The notes: generated by a model from the sequence alone, not told the origin. Counted from the first letter of the stretch, positions 37,258-51,551 are shown. The stretch: 64,000 bases of DNA from an uncultured delta proteobacterium (GCA_963743525.1 CAVUQH010000003.1:192001-256000); one strand, 5' to 3'. Numbers and translations: made by a program.

Positions 37258-39998
37258 CGGTGCCGCGTTCGATCCTCGACCCGATCATCGAGCCCGGCGC
37301 CGGCGCCGACGGCGAGCTGGCCCTGCTGGGTGGCAAGGCGCGCAGCCTGTGCGACCTGGCGCGGCTGGAGCCGGAGCGCGTGCCGCCGTGGTTCGCGGTG
37401 TCGGCCGAGCTGTTCGCCGACGCGCTGGAGCGCTCCGGCGTCGAGGCCGAGATGCGCGCGGCGCTCGACCAGCTGTCCGCCGCCGGTCCCGATCGCGTAG
37501 CGGTCGCCGACTGCGTCGCCGCGCTGGCGCCGCTGCTCGGGCAGCTGACCATCGACGCCGACGCCGCCCGCGCCATCGCCGACGCCTACCAGCGGCTGGG
37601 CGGCGGCGAGGTCGCGGTGCGCAGCTCGGCCCTGGACGAAGACGGCGCCGAGCGCTCGTTCGCCGGCTGCCTCGATACCTCGCTGTTCCTCAGCGGCGCC
37701 GACGCGGTGGTCAACGCCGTGGCCGGCTGCTGGCGCTCGGCTTTCTCCGAGCGGTCGCTGACCTACCGCGCCGCCCACCGCGCCCTCGACCTCGACGGCA
37801 TTCGCGTGGCCGTGGTCGTGCAGCGGATGGTCTCCGGCTCGGTCTCCGGCGTGTTGTTCAGCGCCGACCCGTCGCGACCCGGCGACCCCCGCGCGCTGAT
37901 CACCGCCACCTGGGGCCTGGGCGAAGGCGTCGTCTCCGGGCGCATCGCCTGCGACACGTTCGCCGTCGATCGCGGCAATCGTCAGGTGGTGGACCGCGAC
38001 ATCGTCAACAAGAGCACCGCCATCGTCCGCGGCGACACCGGCGGCACGCACGAGGTGGACGTCGCCGCCGAGATGCGCGCGCAGCCGACGCTGTCGGACG
38101 ACGAGCTGCGCCAGCTGGCCGAGCTGGGGTGGAAGATCGAAGAAGCCTACGGCGCGCCGGTCAACGTCGAGTGGACCTGGAGCGAGGAAGGTCCGTGGCT
38201 GCTGCAGGCGCGCCCGATAACCACGCTGGCGGCGCCAGTCCCCGGCGGCGGGCAGAAGCGCCTGTGGGACAACTCGAACATCATCGAGAGCTATCACGGC
38301 GTGACCTCGCCGCTGACCTACAGCTTCGCCCGACGCGCCTACACCATCGTCTACCGCCAGGCGTTCGCGCTGCTGGGCGTGCCCGCCGCCGAGATCGCGC
38401 GCAACGAGCAGACCTTCCAGCAGATGATCGGGCTGCTGCGCGGCCGCGTCTACTACAACCTCGAGTCGTGGTACCGGGCACTGCAGCTGCTCCCCGGTTA
38501 CAAGTTCAACGCCGAGTTCATGGAGCAGATGATGGGCGTGGGCGAGAAGGCCCAGTTCGGCATCGCCCGCCCGCCGGCCGCCTCGGCCCTGCGCCGCTAC
38601 GGCGTCGAGCTGCCGCGACTGGTGTCGTCGCTGGGCCAGCTGGCGCTGCGCTTCGCCCGCGCCCAGCGGCTGGTCAACGACTTCTTCGACGGCTTCGGCG
38701 ACGCCTACGGCGACTTCCAGGAGCTCGACCTGTCGGCGCTGAGCCTGGACGAGCTGGTCGCCACCTACCTCGAGGCCGAGCGGCGCATCCTCCAGCGCTG
38801 GCAGGCGCCGATCGTCAACGACATCCTGGCGATGATCTTCTTCGGCGCGCTGCGCAAGGCGCTGACCAGCTGGGGGCTGGGCGACGCGTCGCTGCACAAC
38901 GATCTCCTGTGCGGCGAAGGCGGCCTGGAGTCGACCGAGCCGACGCGCAACCTGCTGGCGATGATGGTCGATGTCCGCCGCGACCCGGCGCTGTGCGCGC
39001 TGCTCGCCGCGTCGTCGCCGGCCGAGATCCGCGCGCGGGTCGAGGCCGATCCGGCGTTCGCCTGGCTGAGGGTGCGCATCGATCAGCACGTGGCTCGCTT
39101 CGGCGACCGCTGCGTCGACGAGCTCAAGCTCGAGCAGGCGACCCTGCGCGACGACCCGACCTTCCTGTACGGCGCGCTCAAGGGCTACCTGTCGGCGCCG
39201 CCGGTCACCGTCGACGAGATGGAGGCGCGCGAGAAGAAGATCCGCGCCGATGCCGAGGCCCGCGCTCGCGCTGCCCTCGGTCCGGCCCGCCGGCGGTTGT
39301 TCGCCTGGCTGCTCGCCCGCGCCCGCATGCACGTCAAGAACCGCGAGAACCTGCGCTTTGCCCGCACCCGCGCGTTCGGGCTGGTGCGCCGGCTGGTGGT
39401 GGCGATGGGGCAGCGGTTGGCCGCCGCCGGTCGCCTGGCGAATCCGACCGACGTCTTCTACCTCGAGATCGCCGAGCTGGTGTCGTTCGCCCGCGGCACC
39501 GCCACCACGACGGATCTCGCCGGACTGGTCGCCGTGCGCAAGCGCGAGTACGACGGCTACCGCGCCGAGCCGTCGCCGCCCGAGCGCTTCTGGACCGAGG
39601 GCGCCACCTACCTGGCCGCCGGCCTCGACCGCCCGGTGCCCGCGCCGCACGCCAGCGAGGGCCCGGCACGGGCCGGCGACGTCCTCACCGGCATCGGCGC
39701 GTCACCGGGCATCGTCCGCGCCCGCGCCCGGTTGATCAGCGATCCGCGCACGGCATCGCTGCAGGGCGAGGTGCTGGTGGCCAATCGCACCGACCCGGGC
39801 TGGGTGCCGTTGTTCCCGTCGGCCGTCGCCGTGGTCGTCGAGCGCGGCAGCGTGCTGTCGCACTCGGCCATCGTCGCCCGCGAGTTCGGCATCCCCTGCG
39901 TCGTCGGTATCCGCGACGCGCTCGCTCGCCTGCGCGACGGCCAGCTGGTCGAAGTCGACGGCAGCGCGGGCACCCTGACCCTGCTGGCCGACGAGTAG
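37254..39998 (+). CDS. PEP/pyruvate-binding plus swivelling-His phosphotransferase (rifampin phosphotransferase/PigC-like architecture)
   Basis: GTG 37254 overlaps the upstream stop; LGGKA, AVRSSALDED..SFAG, GLGEGVVSG, LLQARPIT, central helical domain, TDPGW..ERGSVLSHSAIVAREFGIP. Confidence 0.88.
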   Translation: MTVPRSILDPIIEPGAGADGELALLGGKARSLCDLARLEPERVPPWFAVSAELFADALERSGVEAEMRAALDQLSAAGPDRVAVADCVAALAPLLGQLTIDADAARAIADAYQRLGGGEVAVRSSALDEDGAERSFAGCLDTSLFLSGADAVVNAVAGCWRSAFSERSLTYRAAHRALDLDGIRVAVVVQRMVSGSVSGVLFSADPSRPGDPRALITATWGLGEGVVSGRIACDTFAVDRGNRQVVDRDIVNKSTAIVRGDTGGTHEVDVAAEMRAQPTLSDDELRQLAELGWKIEEAYGAPVNVEWTWSEEGPWLLQARPITTLAAPVPGGGQKRLWDNSNIIESYHGVTSPLTYSFARRAYTIVYRQAFALLGVPAAEIARNEQTFQQMIGLLRGRVYYNLESWYRALQLLPGYKFNAEFMEQMMGVGEKAQFGIARPPAASALRRYGVELPRLVSSLGQLALRFARAQRLVNDFFDGFGDAYGDFQELDLSALSLDELVATYLEAERRILQRWQAPIVNDILAMIFFGALRKALTSWGLGDASLHNDLLCGEGGLESTEPTRNLLAMMVDVRRDPALCALLAASSPAEIRARVEADPAFAWLRVRIDQHVARFGDRCVDELKLEQATLRDDPTFLYGALKGYLSAPPVTVDEMEAREKKIRADAEARARAALGPARRRLFAWLLARARMHVKNRENLRFARTRAFGLVRRLVVAMGQRLAAAGRLANPTDVFYLEIAELVSFARGTATTTDLAGLVAVRKREYDGYRAEPSPPERFWTEGATYLAAGLDRPVPAPHASEGPARAGDVLTGIGASPGIVRARARLISDPRTASLQGEVLVANRTDPGWVPLFPSAVAVVVERGSVLSHSAIVAREFGIPCVVGIRDALARLRDGQLVEVDGSAGTLTLLADE

Positions 39999-40001
39999 CC
40001 G

Positions 40002-40887
40002 CTACTGCGTCGCGCGCTGTTGTTGCTCGCGCGGCGAGGTGCCGAACTTGCGCGAGTACTCGCGGCTGAACTGGTTGGGGCTCTCGTAGCCGACGTCGTA
40101 GGCGACGTCGGAAACCGAGTGCGCTCCACTGGCGAGGAGCTTCTGCGCCTCGAGCAGGCGCAGCTCTTTCTGGTACTGCAGTGGCGTCGTCGACGTGATC
40201 TCGCGGAAGTGCTTGTGGAACGAGGACGGCGCTCATGCCGACCTCGCGCGCGAGCTCGGGCACCTTGAGAGAGCTGCGAAAGTCGCGGCGAATGCGCGCG
40301 ATCGCGCGCATGACCGCGCTCGCGTGACTGTCGTGGCGAAGCAGCTCCCGCAGCATTCCGCCGTGGGGCGCCATCAGCAGGCGAAAGTGAATCTCCTCGA
40401 GCAACAGCGGTCCCAGCACCCGGGTCTCGACCTCATCGCCGGCGATGGCCAGGTAGCGCGATAGGCAGTCGACGAGCGCCGGGTCGGTGTCGTGGGCGGC
40501 GAGCGATTGCGGCGGTGCGGCGTCGGCGCGGCTGTCGCCGACTTCGCCCTGCAGGCTGCGAAGCAGCGCGAGATCGAGCGACACGATCAGCGCCAGGTAC
40601 GGCTCGTCCGGTCTCGCGCGGGTGATGCGCGAGACGACCGGGAGATCGTGAGAGACGACCAGCGATTGCCCCGGACCGACCTCGACGGCGGTATCGCCGA
40701 GGCGGGTTTCCTTCGCGCCCTGCAGAATCAGGCAAACCACCGGTTCGTAGAGCGACGCCGACAGTTCGGTCGGGTGCGGGTGTCGCAGCAGCGCGACGCG
40801 TGGCAGTGGGCTGACCAATTCCTGCGAATCCGCGGCCTCTTCGGCGAAATACGCCCCGACCTGGGCGGTGAGCGACGGCATGTCCAC
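40002..40887 (-). CDS. AraC family regulator, frameshift at ~40231
   Basis: [15 protein letters not shown]-domain. Removing one base restores [45 protein letters not shown] before GTG 40887. Confidence 0.88.
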
Positions 40888-41042
40888 GTGGCGCCTCCTG
40901 CCTTCTACGGTTAGCACGAAGCGCGCACCGAGGGTCCCTCGCGATCGGCTGGTGGAGGAATGGGCAGGTATCCCGGAGGATGCGGCAGGCGCGCGAGGCG
41001 CCGGCTCCGTAGGATGAACCCATCAGTCACGAGGAGCTCAGC

Positions 41043-41963
41043 ATGTCGAACGAATGGGTGAAACTGAGGAACGAGATCGAGATGCCGACCGTCGGATTCG
41101 GCACCTACCTGATCGACAACGACCGGGCCGAAGCCGCGGTGACCGCCGCGCTCGCGGCGGGCTATCGCCACATCGACACCGCCGAGGCGTACCGCAACGA
41201 GCAGGGCGTCGGCGCCGCCGTGCGCGCCGTTCTCGCGGCGGAGGCGGCGTCGCGCGACGACCTGTTCATCACCACCAAGCTGTGGCCGGGCAATCCCGCC
41301 TGGGGCATGCCGTCGAAGACCTACGAGACGACGATCGAGTCGCTGGAGGCCAGCCTCGATCGCCTGCAGCTCGACCACGTCGATCTCTACCTGATCCACG
41401 CGCCGTTCAATCCCGAGCAGCGGCTCGAGCAGTGGCGCGCCCTGGTAGAGTTGCGCCGCCTGGGCAAGACTCGGGCGATCGGCGTGAGCAACTACGACCG
41501 GGCGCACATCGAAGAGATCCGGGCGGCCGGCATGCCGCTGCCCGACGCCAACCAGATCGAGCTGCACCCGTGGTCGCAGAAGCCGGCGCTGGTCGGTTAC
41601 CTGATCGACAACCGGATCGCGCGCATCGCGTACAGCAGCCTGGCGCCGCTGTCAACCTGGCGCACCGCCGAAGGACAGAACAGCGCCAAGACCGAGGCGA
41701 TGCAGGCCGACAGCGAGAGCGCGGACTCGCCGTTCAAGGCGATGGCGGCCAGGTACGGTGTGTCCGAGGCGCAGGTGTTGCTCCGCTGGGCGGTCCAGAG
41801 CGGCTACGCGGTTCTGCCCAAGACCGAGAACCCCGAGCGCATGCGGATGAACCTGGACCTGTTCTCCTTCGCCATCGACGACGCGGACATGACCGCGCTG
41901 GCGACGATGGATCGAGGGGACGGCTTCGCCTGGAGCGAAGGCGATCCGATGAGATCCGCCTGA
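41043..41963 (+). CDS. Aldo/keto reductase
   Basis: GFGTY, GYRHIDTAEAY, DLYLIH, IGVSNY, NQIELHP; AGGAG RBS. Confidence 0.93.
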   Translation: MSNEWVKLRNEIEMPTVGFGTYLIDNDRAEAAVTAALAAGYRHIDTAEAYRNEQGVGAAVRAVLAAEAASRDDLFITTKLWPGNPAWGMPSKTYETTIESLEASLDRLQLDHVDLYLIHAPFNPEQRLEQWRALVELRRLGKTRAIGVSNYDRAHIEEIRAAGMPLPDANQIELHPWSQKPALVGYLIDNRIARIAYSSLAPLSTWRTAEGQNSAKTEAMQADSESADSPFKAMAARYGVSEAQVLLRWAVQSGYAVLPKTENPERMRMNLDLFSFAIDDADMTALATMDRGDGFAWSEGDPMRSA

Positions 41964-41964
41964 T

Positions 41965-42690
41965 TCAGGCCGCGCGGCGGCGGTGCGCCCACGGTGTCTC
42001 GCGCACCGGCTCGTAGTCGGGCACGGCCTCGATGCCGAGCTCGGCGCGCACCTCTTCGAGGGGGCGCTCGAGCAGCGCGGCCCAGTCCCGGGTCGGCAGC
42101 CAGGCGGCGCGGCGGCCGCGGCGGTAGCCGTCGAGGATCATGTGCCGGCCTTCGCGGCTGGGGTTGAACAGCAGGCCGAGGCTGGCGAGGAAGCCGATGC
42201 CCGGGTGGCCGGTCTGCGCGAAGGTGAACGCCAGCAGCGAGGCTTCGCCGAGCAGGTCGCCCTTGTAGCCGGTGACGGTGTGCCACAGGTCGTGGCTGTC
42301 GCGCATCCGCTCGCGGAAGTAGCCGATGTCGCTGTCGGGATCGTAGTAGCGCTCGTCGGTGCCGTCGACGCTGGCCTCGACCAGGCCGTCGGCGGTGATT
42401 CCTTCGGAATCGAGGAAGCGAAGATAGGCGCGGCCGAGGCTGCCTTCCGGCATCGCGGCCAGGCGCTCCTGATCGCGCAGCACGGCCAGCAGGTCGTCGC
42501 GGCTGTCGAGCAGCCGCTGGCCGTCGGCGTCGTTGCGGAAGCGGCGGGTCATCCGCCTGGGCGCGCCGAACGACAGCGCTTCGGCGATGCGGAACACCTG
42601 CGAGGTGTCCTCGGGGTTGGCCAGGGCGGCGCGGGTGGCGTCGGCGACAGTGCGGAGACGGTGAAGCGGGGAAGGAGTCGTCGTGGTCAT
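41965..42690 (-). CDS. Coq4-family protein
   Basis: PEGSLGRAY and metal motif HDLWHTVTGY..DLLGE (HDxxH..E). Confidence 0.82.
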   Translation of the reverse strand: MTTTTPSPLHRLRTVADATRAALANPEDTSQVFRIAEALSFGAPRRMTRRFRNDADGQRLLDSRDDLLAVLRDQERLAAMPEGSLGRAYLRFLDSEGITADGLVEASVDGTDERYYDPDSDIGYFRERMRDSHDLWHTVTGYKGDLLGEASLLAFTFAQTGHPGIGFLASLGLLFNPSREGRHMILDGYRRGRRAAWLPTRDWAALLERPLEEVRAELGIEAVPDYEPVRETPWAHRRRAA

Positions 42691-42717
42691 GAGGGCCTCC
42701 GTTCAGGCGGGCAGGAG

Positions 42718-42761
42718 TTACTTACATCTCTGTAAGTAAACACAACTTACAATCCTGTCAA
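42718..42761. promoter_or_regulatory. Tandem TetR-type operator overlapping divergent promoters
   Basis: Perfect TTACTTACA-tctc-TGTAAGTAA (42718-42739); degenerate ACTTACA-atcc-TGTCAA (42745-42761), whose right half is TTGACA on the minus strand. Confidence 0.72.
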
Positions 42762-42785
42762 CAATTGCGTTATCATTGGCCGCAA

Positions 42786-43412
42786 ATGGGCGGAAAGACA
42801 CGCATACGCCGGACTGCGGAGGAGGCACGGGAGCGCATTCTGGAGGTCGCCGAGGAGCAGCTCCGCGAGCGCGGGCCCGACGGATTGCGGCTCAAGGAGC
42901 TGGCGCGCGAGGTCGGCGTCTCGCACCCGGCGATCCTCCACCACTTCGGCAGCCGCACCGGGCTGGTGCGCGCCGTGGTCTCGCGCATCACCCGGCAAGT
43001 GCAGCAGCAGATCGTCGCCGCCCTCCACGACGACATCGAACCGGCGTCGGGCGCGACCCTGCTCGACCGCGTCTTCCGCGTGATGGCCGAGCCCGGCCTC
43101 GCGCGCATGATGGCGTGGCTGTCGCTCAGTCGCGACGTCGAGCTGGAGATGAACAGCAACGTCCGCGACATCGCCCAGGCCATGCACCGGATCCGCTGCC
43201 AGCGCAAACCGGATCACGCGCCGCCATTCGAGGACACGCTGTTCACCGTGTTGCTGGCGGCGATGGCGCCGATCGGCAACGCCATTGCCGGCGATGCGCT
43301 GCGCGCCAGCGCCGGGCTGGCCGACGATCCCGACGCCGACCGCCGGTTCATCGTCTGGCTGGCCAACCTGGTGCACCGCCACCTCGACGGCACCGCCGAG
43401 CTGGCGCGCTAG
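42786..43412 (+). CDS. TetR/AcrR family regulator
   Basis: N-terminal HTH ERILEVA..LKELAREVGVSHPAILHHFGSR. Confidence 0.92.
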   Translation: MGGKTRIRRTAEEARERILEVAEEQLRERGPDGLRLKELAREVGVSHPAILHHFGSRTGLVRAVVSRITRQVQQQIVAALHDDIEPASGATLLDRVFRVMAEPGLARMMAWLSLSRDVELEMNSNVRDIAQAMHRIRCQRKPDHAPPFEDTLFTVLLAAMAPIGNAIAGDALRASAGLADDPDADRRFIVWLANLVHRHLDGTAELAR

Positions 43413-44266
43413 TTCTTCAGCTTCTTGCCCAGGGCGTCGATCTGCTGGCGCAGCTCGAGTTTACCGGGGCTGTCGGCGTGCGGCGGACGGCTCGCCCGCG
43501 GGCGCTTGCGCAGCGGCTGCGGCTCGGCGGTGTCAACGCCGGCGCTGCGACACATCGCGCGCAGCCGGTGACATATCTCCGGGGTCAGGCCGACCATCAA
43601 GATCGACGTGGCGCTGCTGCCGTCTGCGGCGTCGGTCTCCACCGAGCGAACCTCGGCGGCGATCGACAGCACCAGCTCGTCGGGCAAGCTGAGCGCGACC
43701 ATCAGTCGATCACCGGGCACCAGCGAGTGGTTGCCGCGAATGGTGAGCAGATGGGTGCCCGCCGCCTGCTCGTCGCACAGCTTGGCCACCTGTGACCAGT
43801 TGCGACAGGTGACCTTGATGCGGCGCTGTGTGCGCCGCCGCTCGATCGGTGTCGTCCGCTCTTCGCCCGGCTGCCGCGGCAAGCGGCTGCGACTGCCACG
43901 GGCCAGGCGCGCGCGCGACTCGTTGAGATCGCGAACCACCGCGCGGACGTCGGCGACCGTCCACACTTTGGGCAACACGCGACCGATCGACTCGGCCTGG
44001 CGAATCACCGAATCGCTCGGCGCGCTGCCGGTGCAGAAGGCGATCGGCAGCTCGCTCTCGAGCGTGCGGATCGCGCGCGCCAGCTCGACCCCCGACATGC
44101 CGGGCATGTCGATGTCGGTGATCACCGCGTCGAAGCCGCCGGCGCGAAAGCGCTCGAGGGCGTCAGCGGGATGACAGGTGACCTCGGTCTTGTGGCCGAG
44201 CTTCCTGAGGACCCGCCCGAGCAGCGCACCGAAGCTCTGCTCGTCGTCAACGACCAGTATTTTCAT
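43409..44266 (-). CDS. Response regulator: receiver plus uncharacterised, possibly PilZ-like, C-terminal domain
   Basis: ILVVDDE, TDIDMPG, FCTG; ERRRTQRR precedes a beta-rich C-domain. Confidence 0.8.
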   Translation of the reverse strand: MKILVVDDEQSFGALLGRVLRKLGHKTEVTCHPADALERFRAGGFDAVITDIDMPGMSGVELARAIRTLESELPIAFCTGSAPSDSVIRQAESIGRVLPKVWTVADVRAVVRDLNESRARLARGSRSRLPRQPGEERTTPIERRRTQRRIKVTCRNWSQVAKLCDEQAAGTHLLTIRGNHSLVPGDRLMVALSLPDELVLSIAAEVRSVETDAADGSSATSILMVGLTPEICHRLRAMCRSAGVDTAEPQPLRKRPRASRPPHADSPGKLELRQQIDALGKKLKN

Positions 44267-44323
44267 GCACTCCCCATCGCGTTAGCCCGAATACGTATTT
44301 TCGCCAAAGCAAATCGCGATTCA

Positions 44324-44339
44324 AGCACGAAATGTGCCC
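44324..44339 (-). promoter_or_regulatory. Putative sigma54 promoter for 44266
   Basis: Minus strand GGGCACATTTCGTGCT (GG-N10-GC); GGGGAG RBS before the ATG. Confidence 0.55.
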
Positions 44340-44392
44340 GCGGGCGCCGCCGTGCATTCCCAGGTGGTTGGAATCGCCGCGATTTCCGGAGT

Positions 44393-44432
44393 GCAACGTC
44401 TGTTGTCACTCAGCCGCAACAAACGTTGCGGC
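44393..44432. promoter_or_regulatory. Pair of GCAAC-N4-GTTG palindromic sites (putative enhancer)
   Basis: GCAACGTCTGTTGT (44393) and GCCGCAACAAACGTTGCGGC (44413-44432). Confidence 0.55.
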
Positions 44433-44786
44433 GAGCGCCAACAATATTGCACGCACGTCGGCGTCGCTGGCGCCCTTGCCCCGGACCGGGCCGAGCGTGG
44501 ACGCTTCGGCCAGCCGCCCGCTGGCCGGGTCGCTGCCGGTGCAAAAGGCGATCGGCACGTCGCCGCGCTCCTTGCGCAGCGACCGCGCCAGCTCGACCCC
44601 ATTCATCTCCGGCATGTCGATATCGGTGATTACGGCGTCGAATGACTGCTCGCGGAACAGCGCCAGGGCGTCGTCCGGGTGCAGCGCCAGGGTCGGCTCG
44701 TGGCCCAGCCGGCGAAGGGATCGACCCAGCGATCGGGCGAAACCGACCTCATCATCGACCACCAAGATGCGCAGGCTGCGGGTCAC
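44406..44786 (-). CDS. Single-domain response regulator, paralogue of the 44266 receiver
   Basis: ILVVDDE..FDAVITDIDMPEMNGVELAR..PIAFCTGS; GGGAG before GTG 44786. Confidence 0.8.
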   Translation of the reverse strand: MTRSLRILVVDDEVGFARSLGRSLRRLGHEPTLALHPDDALALFREQSFDAVITDIDMPEMNGVELARSLRKERGDVPIAFCTGSDPASGRLAEASTLGPVRGKGASDADVRAILLALAATFVAAE

Positions 44787-44810
44787 GGGAAAGCTCCCAC
44801 GGGTTCTATA

Positions 44811-44826
44811 AGCATTCGCCATGCCG
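44811..44826 (-). promoter_or_regulatory. Putative sigma54 promoter for 44786
   Basis: Minus strand CGGCATGGCGAATGCT (GG-N10-GC). Confidence 0.5.
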
Positions 44827-44891
44827 ATCCAGCACTGATTCCGGATGGATGCAGTCCCGGCCAGTTAGGTGAACCCGCCTCGCCAAGAGGG

Positions 44892-44926
44892 GCAACAGAC
44901 GTTGACACGACCGCAACAAACGTTGT
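44892..44926. promoter_or_regulatory. Second pair of GCAAC-N4-GTTG sites (putative enhancer or autoregulatory operator)
   Basis: GCAACAGACGTTGA (44892) and GCAACAAACGTTGT (44913), 21 bp apart. Confidence 0.55.
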
Positions 44927-44942
44927 CATCTGGGATACAAGC

Positions 44943-46505
<1,563 letters not shown>

Positions 46506-46581
46506 GTCCGGCTCGGTCGCCTACACCGAACCACTCGTCCGAAAAATTGCCCGCTTGCACCGCCCATGCCTATCACAAGGT

Positions 46582-47467
46582 GTGGCATCGGGGCGTAACC
46601 GCAACGCGCGCAGAGCGCGCAAGAACCGCCGGCTCGGGCCGCCGATCTGGCGCCGCCTGCCGCCGCCGCGCGCGCTCGGTCGACTGGCCGCGCGGGCGGG
46701 ACGCGCAGCGCTGCCGGCGGTGGTGGCGCTGGCGTCGGCGCTGGTGGTCGGCGGCGGCGGTCTGTACGGCTATCGCTGGCTGACCCGCTCCGGCGATTTC
46801 GCCGTCACCCACCTCGAGGTCCGCGGCGGTGGCCAGCACTCGGACGACGCGCGGGTGCGGTCGCTGCTGGGCGTCGGTCACGGCGACAACATCTTCCGCG
46901 TGTCAACCGCGATCCTCGAGCAGCGGCTGGAAGCCGATCCGTGGATCGCCAGCGCCCACGTCAGCCGGCGCCTGCCCGACACGTTGATCGCCGAGGTCGC
47001 CGAAGAGCACGCCGCGGTGGTGGTCGAGCTCGGCGGTCTGTATCTGGCCGACGCCAACGGCCGCGTGTTCAAGCGGGTCGACATCGCCGCCGGCGAAGGA
47101 CTGAGCTTGCCGATCGTCACCGGCATCGCGCGCAAGGCCTACGTCCGCGCGCCCGAGACTGCGGCGGTTCAGGTGCGCGACGCGCTGGAAGCGCTCGCCG
47201 TCTATCGCGCTCGCGCCGGCCGTCCGACGGTCAGCGAGATTCATCTCGACGCCCGACGGGGCGTCGTCTTCTACACCTACGACGGCGCGATGGCGATTCG
47301 CGTGGGCAGCGGCGACGACGCCGACATGGCCCGGCGCCTGGCCACCTTCGACGCCGCCTGGGCCGATCTCACTCCTGAAGAACGCGCCGCCGCGCGGGTG
47401 GTGTACGTGGACAACAAAGCGCGGCCCGACCGGGTGACGGTCGGATTCGCAGAACCGAGACGCAGCG

Positions 47468-47475
<8 letters not shown>
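46582..47475 (+). CDS. ftsQ: Cell division protein FtsQ/DivIB
   Basis: Basic N-tail, single TM, POTRA (LEADPWIASAHVSRRLPDTL); overlaps ftsA start; exact start uncertain. Confidence 0.88.
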
Positions 47476-48694
<1,219 letters not shown>

Positions 48695-48798
48695 CGGTCG
48701 ATTTGCCTAGCACGAATGAAAAAGCGGTCGCAAAAAATTTGGCCCGATCCCGACCCAGGTAGATAACCGGGTAAGTACACGGGGAGGAAAGCGAACCC

Positions 48799-50358
<1,560 letters not shown>

Positions 50359-50382
50359 TCCATCCCCTCTCGGCACCCGCCG

Positions 50383-50418
50383 AATAGCGCCGACCGGCTG
50401 TCGCCGATCGGCGCTATT
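50383..50418 (+). terminator. Hairpin after ftsZ (possible terminator)
   Basis: AATAGCGCCGA/TCGGCGCTATT stem with inner CGGC/GCCG; weak U-tract. Confidence 0.45.
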
Positions 50419-50548
50419 GCCATTGTGGGGCGGAGCCCTCCGGACGGGCGCACTCGCGCCCGGGGCTCGCGTTCTTGCGCCGAGCGGGCTCGGCGCAAAC
50501 CGCTCGCTGGCGCAGGTTGTGAGCCCGGCGCGGTGGTAGGGTCGTGCC

Positions 50549-51175
50549 GTGGTCGCGTTCGAGACCCACGCGCGGTGGCTGCTGGTGGTCCACGCCGTGC
50601 TCGGCGCAGCGCTGGTCGCGTTAACGACGCACCTGGCGGTGTGGATGCGCGGCTACGTGCGCGGTCGGTTCGACCGCCAGCGCGGCGTGCGCCTGCTCAG
50701 TTGGATCAGCACGTCGCTGTTCCTGTGCACCTTCGCCCTGGGCAACCTGATCTATCCGACCTACCGGGTGCGGGTGCGGGCCGAATACCTCGAGAGCCCC
50801 GAGGCGGTGGTCAAAGCGCAGGACGCCCGGGCCGTCGCCGGGGCCGCGCTGATGGCCCGGGAAAACCGCCGGCGGCAGCTCGAGCAGGCCGCCGAGCTGT
50901 CTGAACCACCCTCAGAGGCATACCGGGCCGAATCCCCCCGTCACGTGGCCAAGATGGCCCGCTGGTTCGACGTCAAGGAGCACTGGGCGGCGGTGGGGTT
51001 GGCTATGTCTATCGCGCTGTTGTTCTTACTCACCGGCTGGGACCCGCGAAAACACGGGGCTCGCGTCGCTTCGCTGATCTTCGCGATGGCCGTGGGGACA
51101 GCCGCCACCACCTGGCTCGCCGCCCTGGTTGGGCTCATGGTCACCAGCCACCGAGCGGTCGGCGGCGGCGGTTGA
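50549..51175 (+). CDS. Hypothetical membrane protein (about 4 TM)
   Basis: Hydrophobic segments; YPTYRVRVR and WFDVKEHW motifs. Confidence 0.7.
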   Translation: MVAFETHARWLLVVHAVLGAALVALTTHLAVWMRGYVRGRFDRQRGVRLLSWISTSLFLCTFALGNLIYPTYRVRVRAEYLESPEAVVKAQDARAVAGAALMARENRRRQLEQAAELSEPPSEAYRAESPRHVAKMARWFDVKEHWAAVGLAMSIALLFLLTGWDPRKHGARVASLIFAMAVGTAATTWLAALVGLMVTSHRAVGGGG

Positions 51176-51339
51176 TCGTCACGGATCGGCCGGAAAAACG
51201 CTTGCGCGGCACATTTTCGGCGGTCCTGGCGTTGAAGACCGGCGACGCGAGGCTACTATGCCCACCGCTAAAAGCGGCTGAGGGGCTCGGCCTCGTCGAA
51301 TCTCGAAGGAATCGAAGCCAAGGATCGGAGGATCTGCTC

Positions 51340-51531
51340 ATGAATAAGAAGAACCGTGACGTTGTCCTCGTGGTGGGCAGCAAGGTGAAGGATGTCGTGC
51401 GTGAAGCTGGCCTGCAGAGCTCGGGTGAGCTCGTCGAGGCGGTCTCGAACAAGGTCTACGACCTGATCGAAGCCGCGTGCGCTCGCGCCAGCGAGAACGG
51501 CCGCAAGACCGTTCGCGCGTACGACCTGTAG
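51340..51531 (+). CDS. Bacterial histone-fold protein (63 aa)
   Basis: VLVVGSKVKDVVREAGLQSSGELVEAVSNKVYDLIEAACARASENGRKTVRAYDL; RKTVxxxD loop motif; GGAGG RBS; own terminator. Confidence 0.85.
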   Translation: MNKKNRDVVLVVGSKVKDVVREAGLQSSGELVEAVSNKVYDLIEAACARASENGRKTVRAYDL

Positions 51532-51551
51532 ACCGAATCGGTCTGGTTCCG

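Noticed and set aside
36249..39998. Single 1249-aa UbiA-phosphotransferase fusion
   Set aside because: The middle is out-of-frame Arg/Gly-rich text caused by the extra base at ~36579. The repaired UbiA-like gene stops at 37257 and the next gene starts at 37254.
37254..39998. Housekeeping PEP synthase (ppsA) or bona fide rifampin resistance gene
   Set aside because: It lacks the C-terminal PEP/pyruvate TIM barrel of PpsA, and its operon context points to biosynthesis. The substrate cannot be assigned from sequence.
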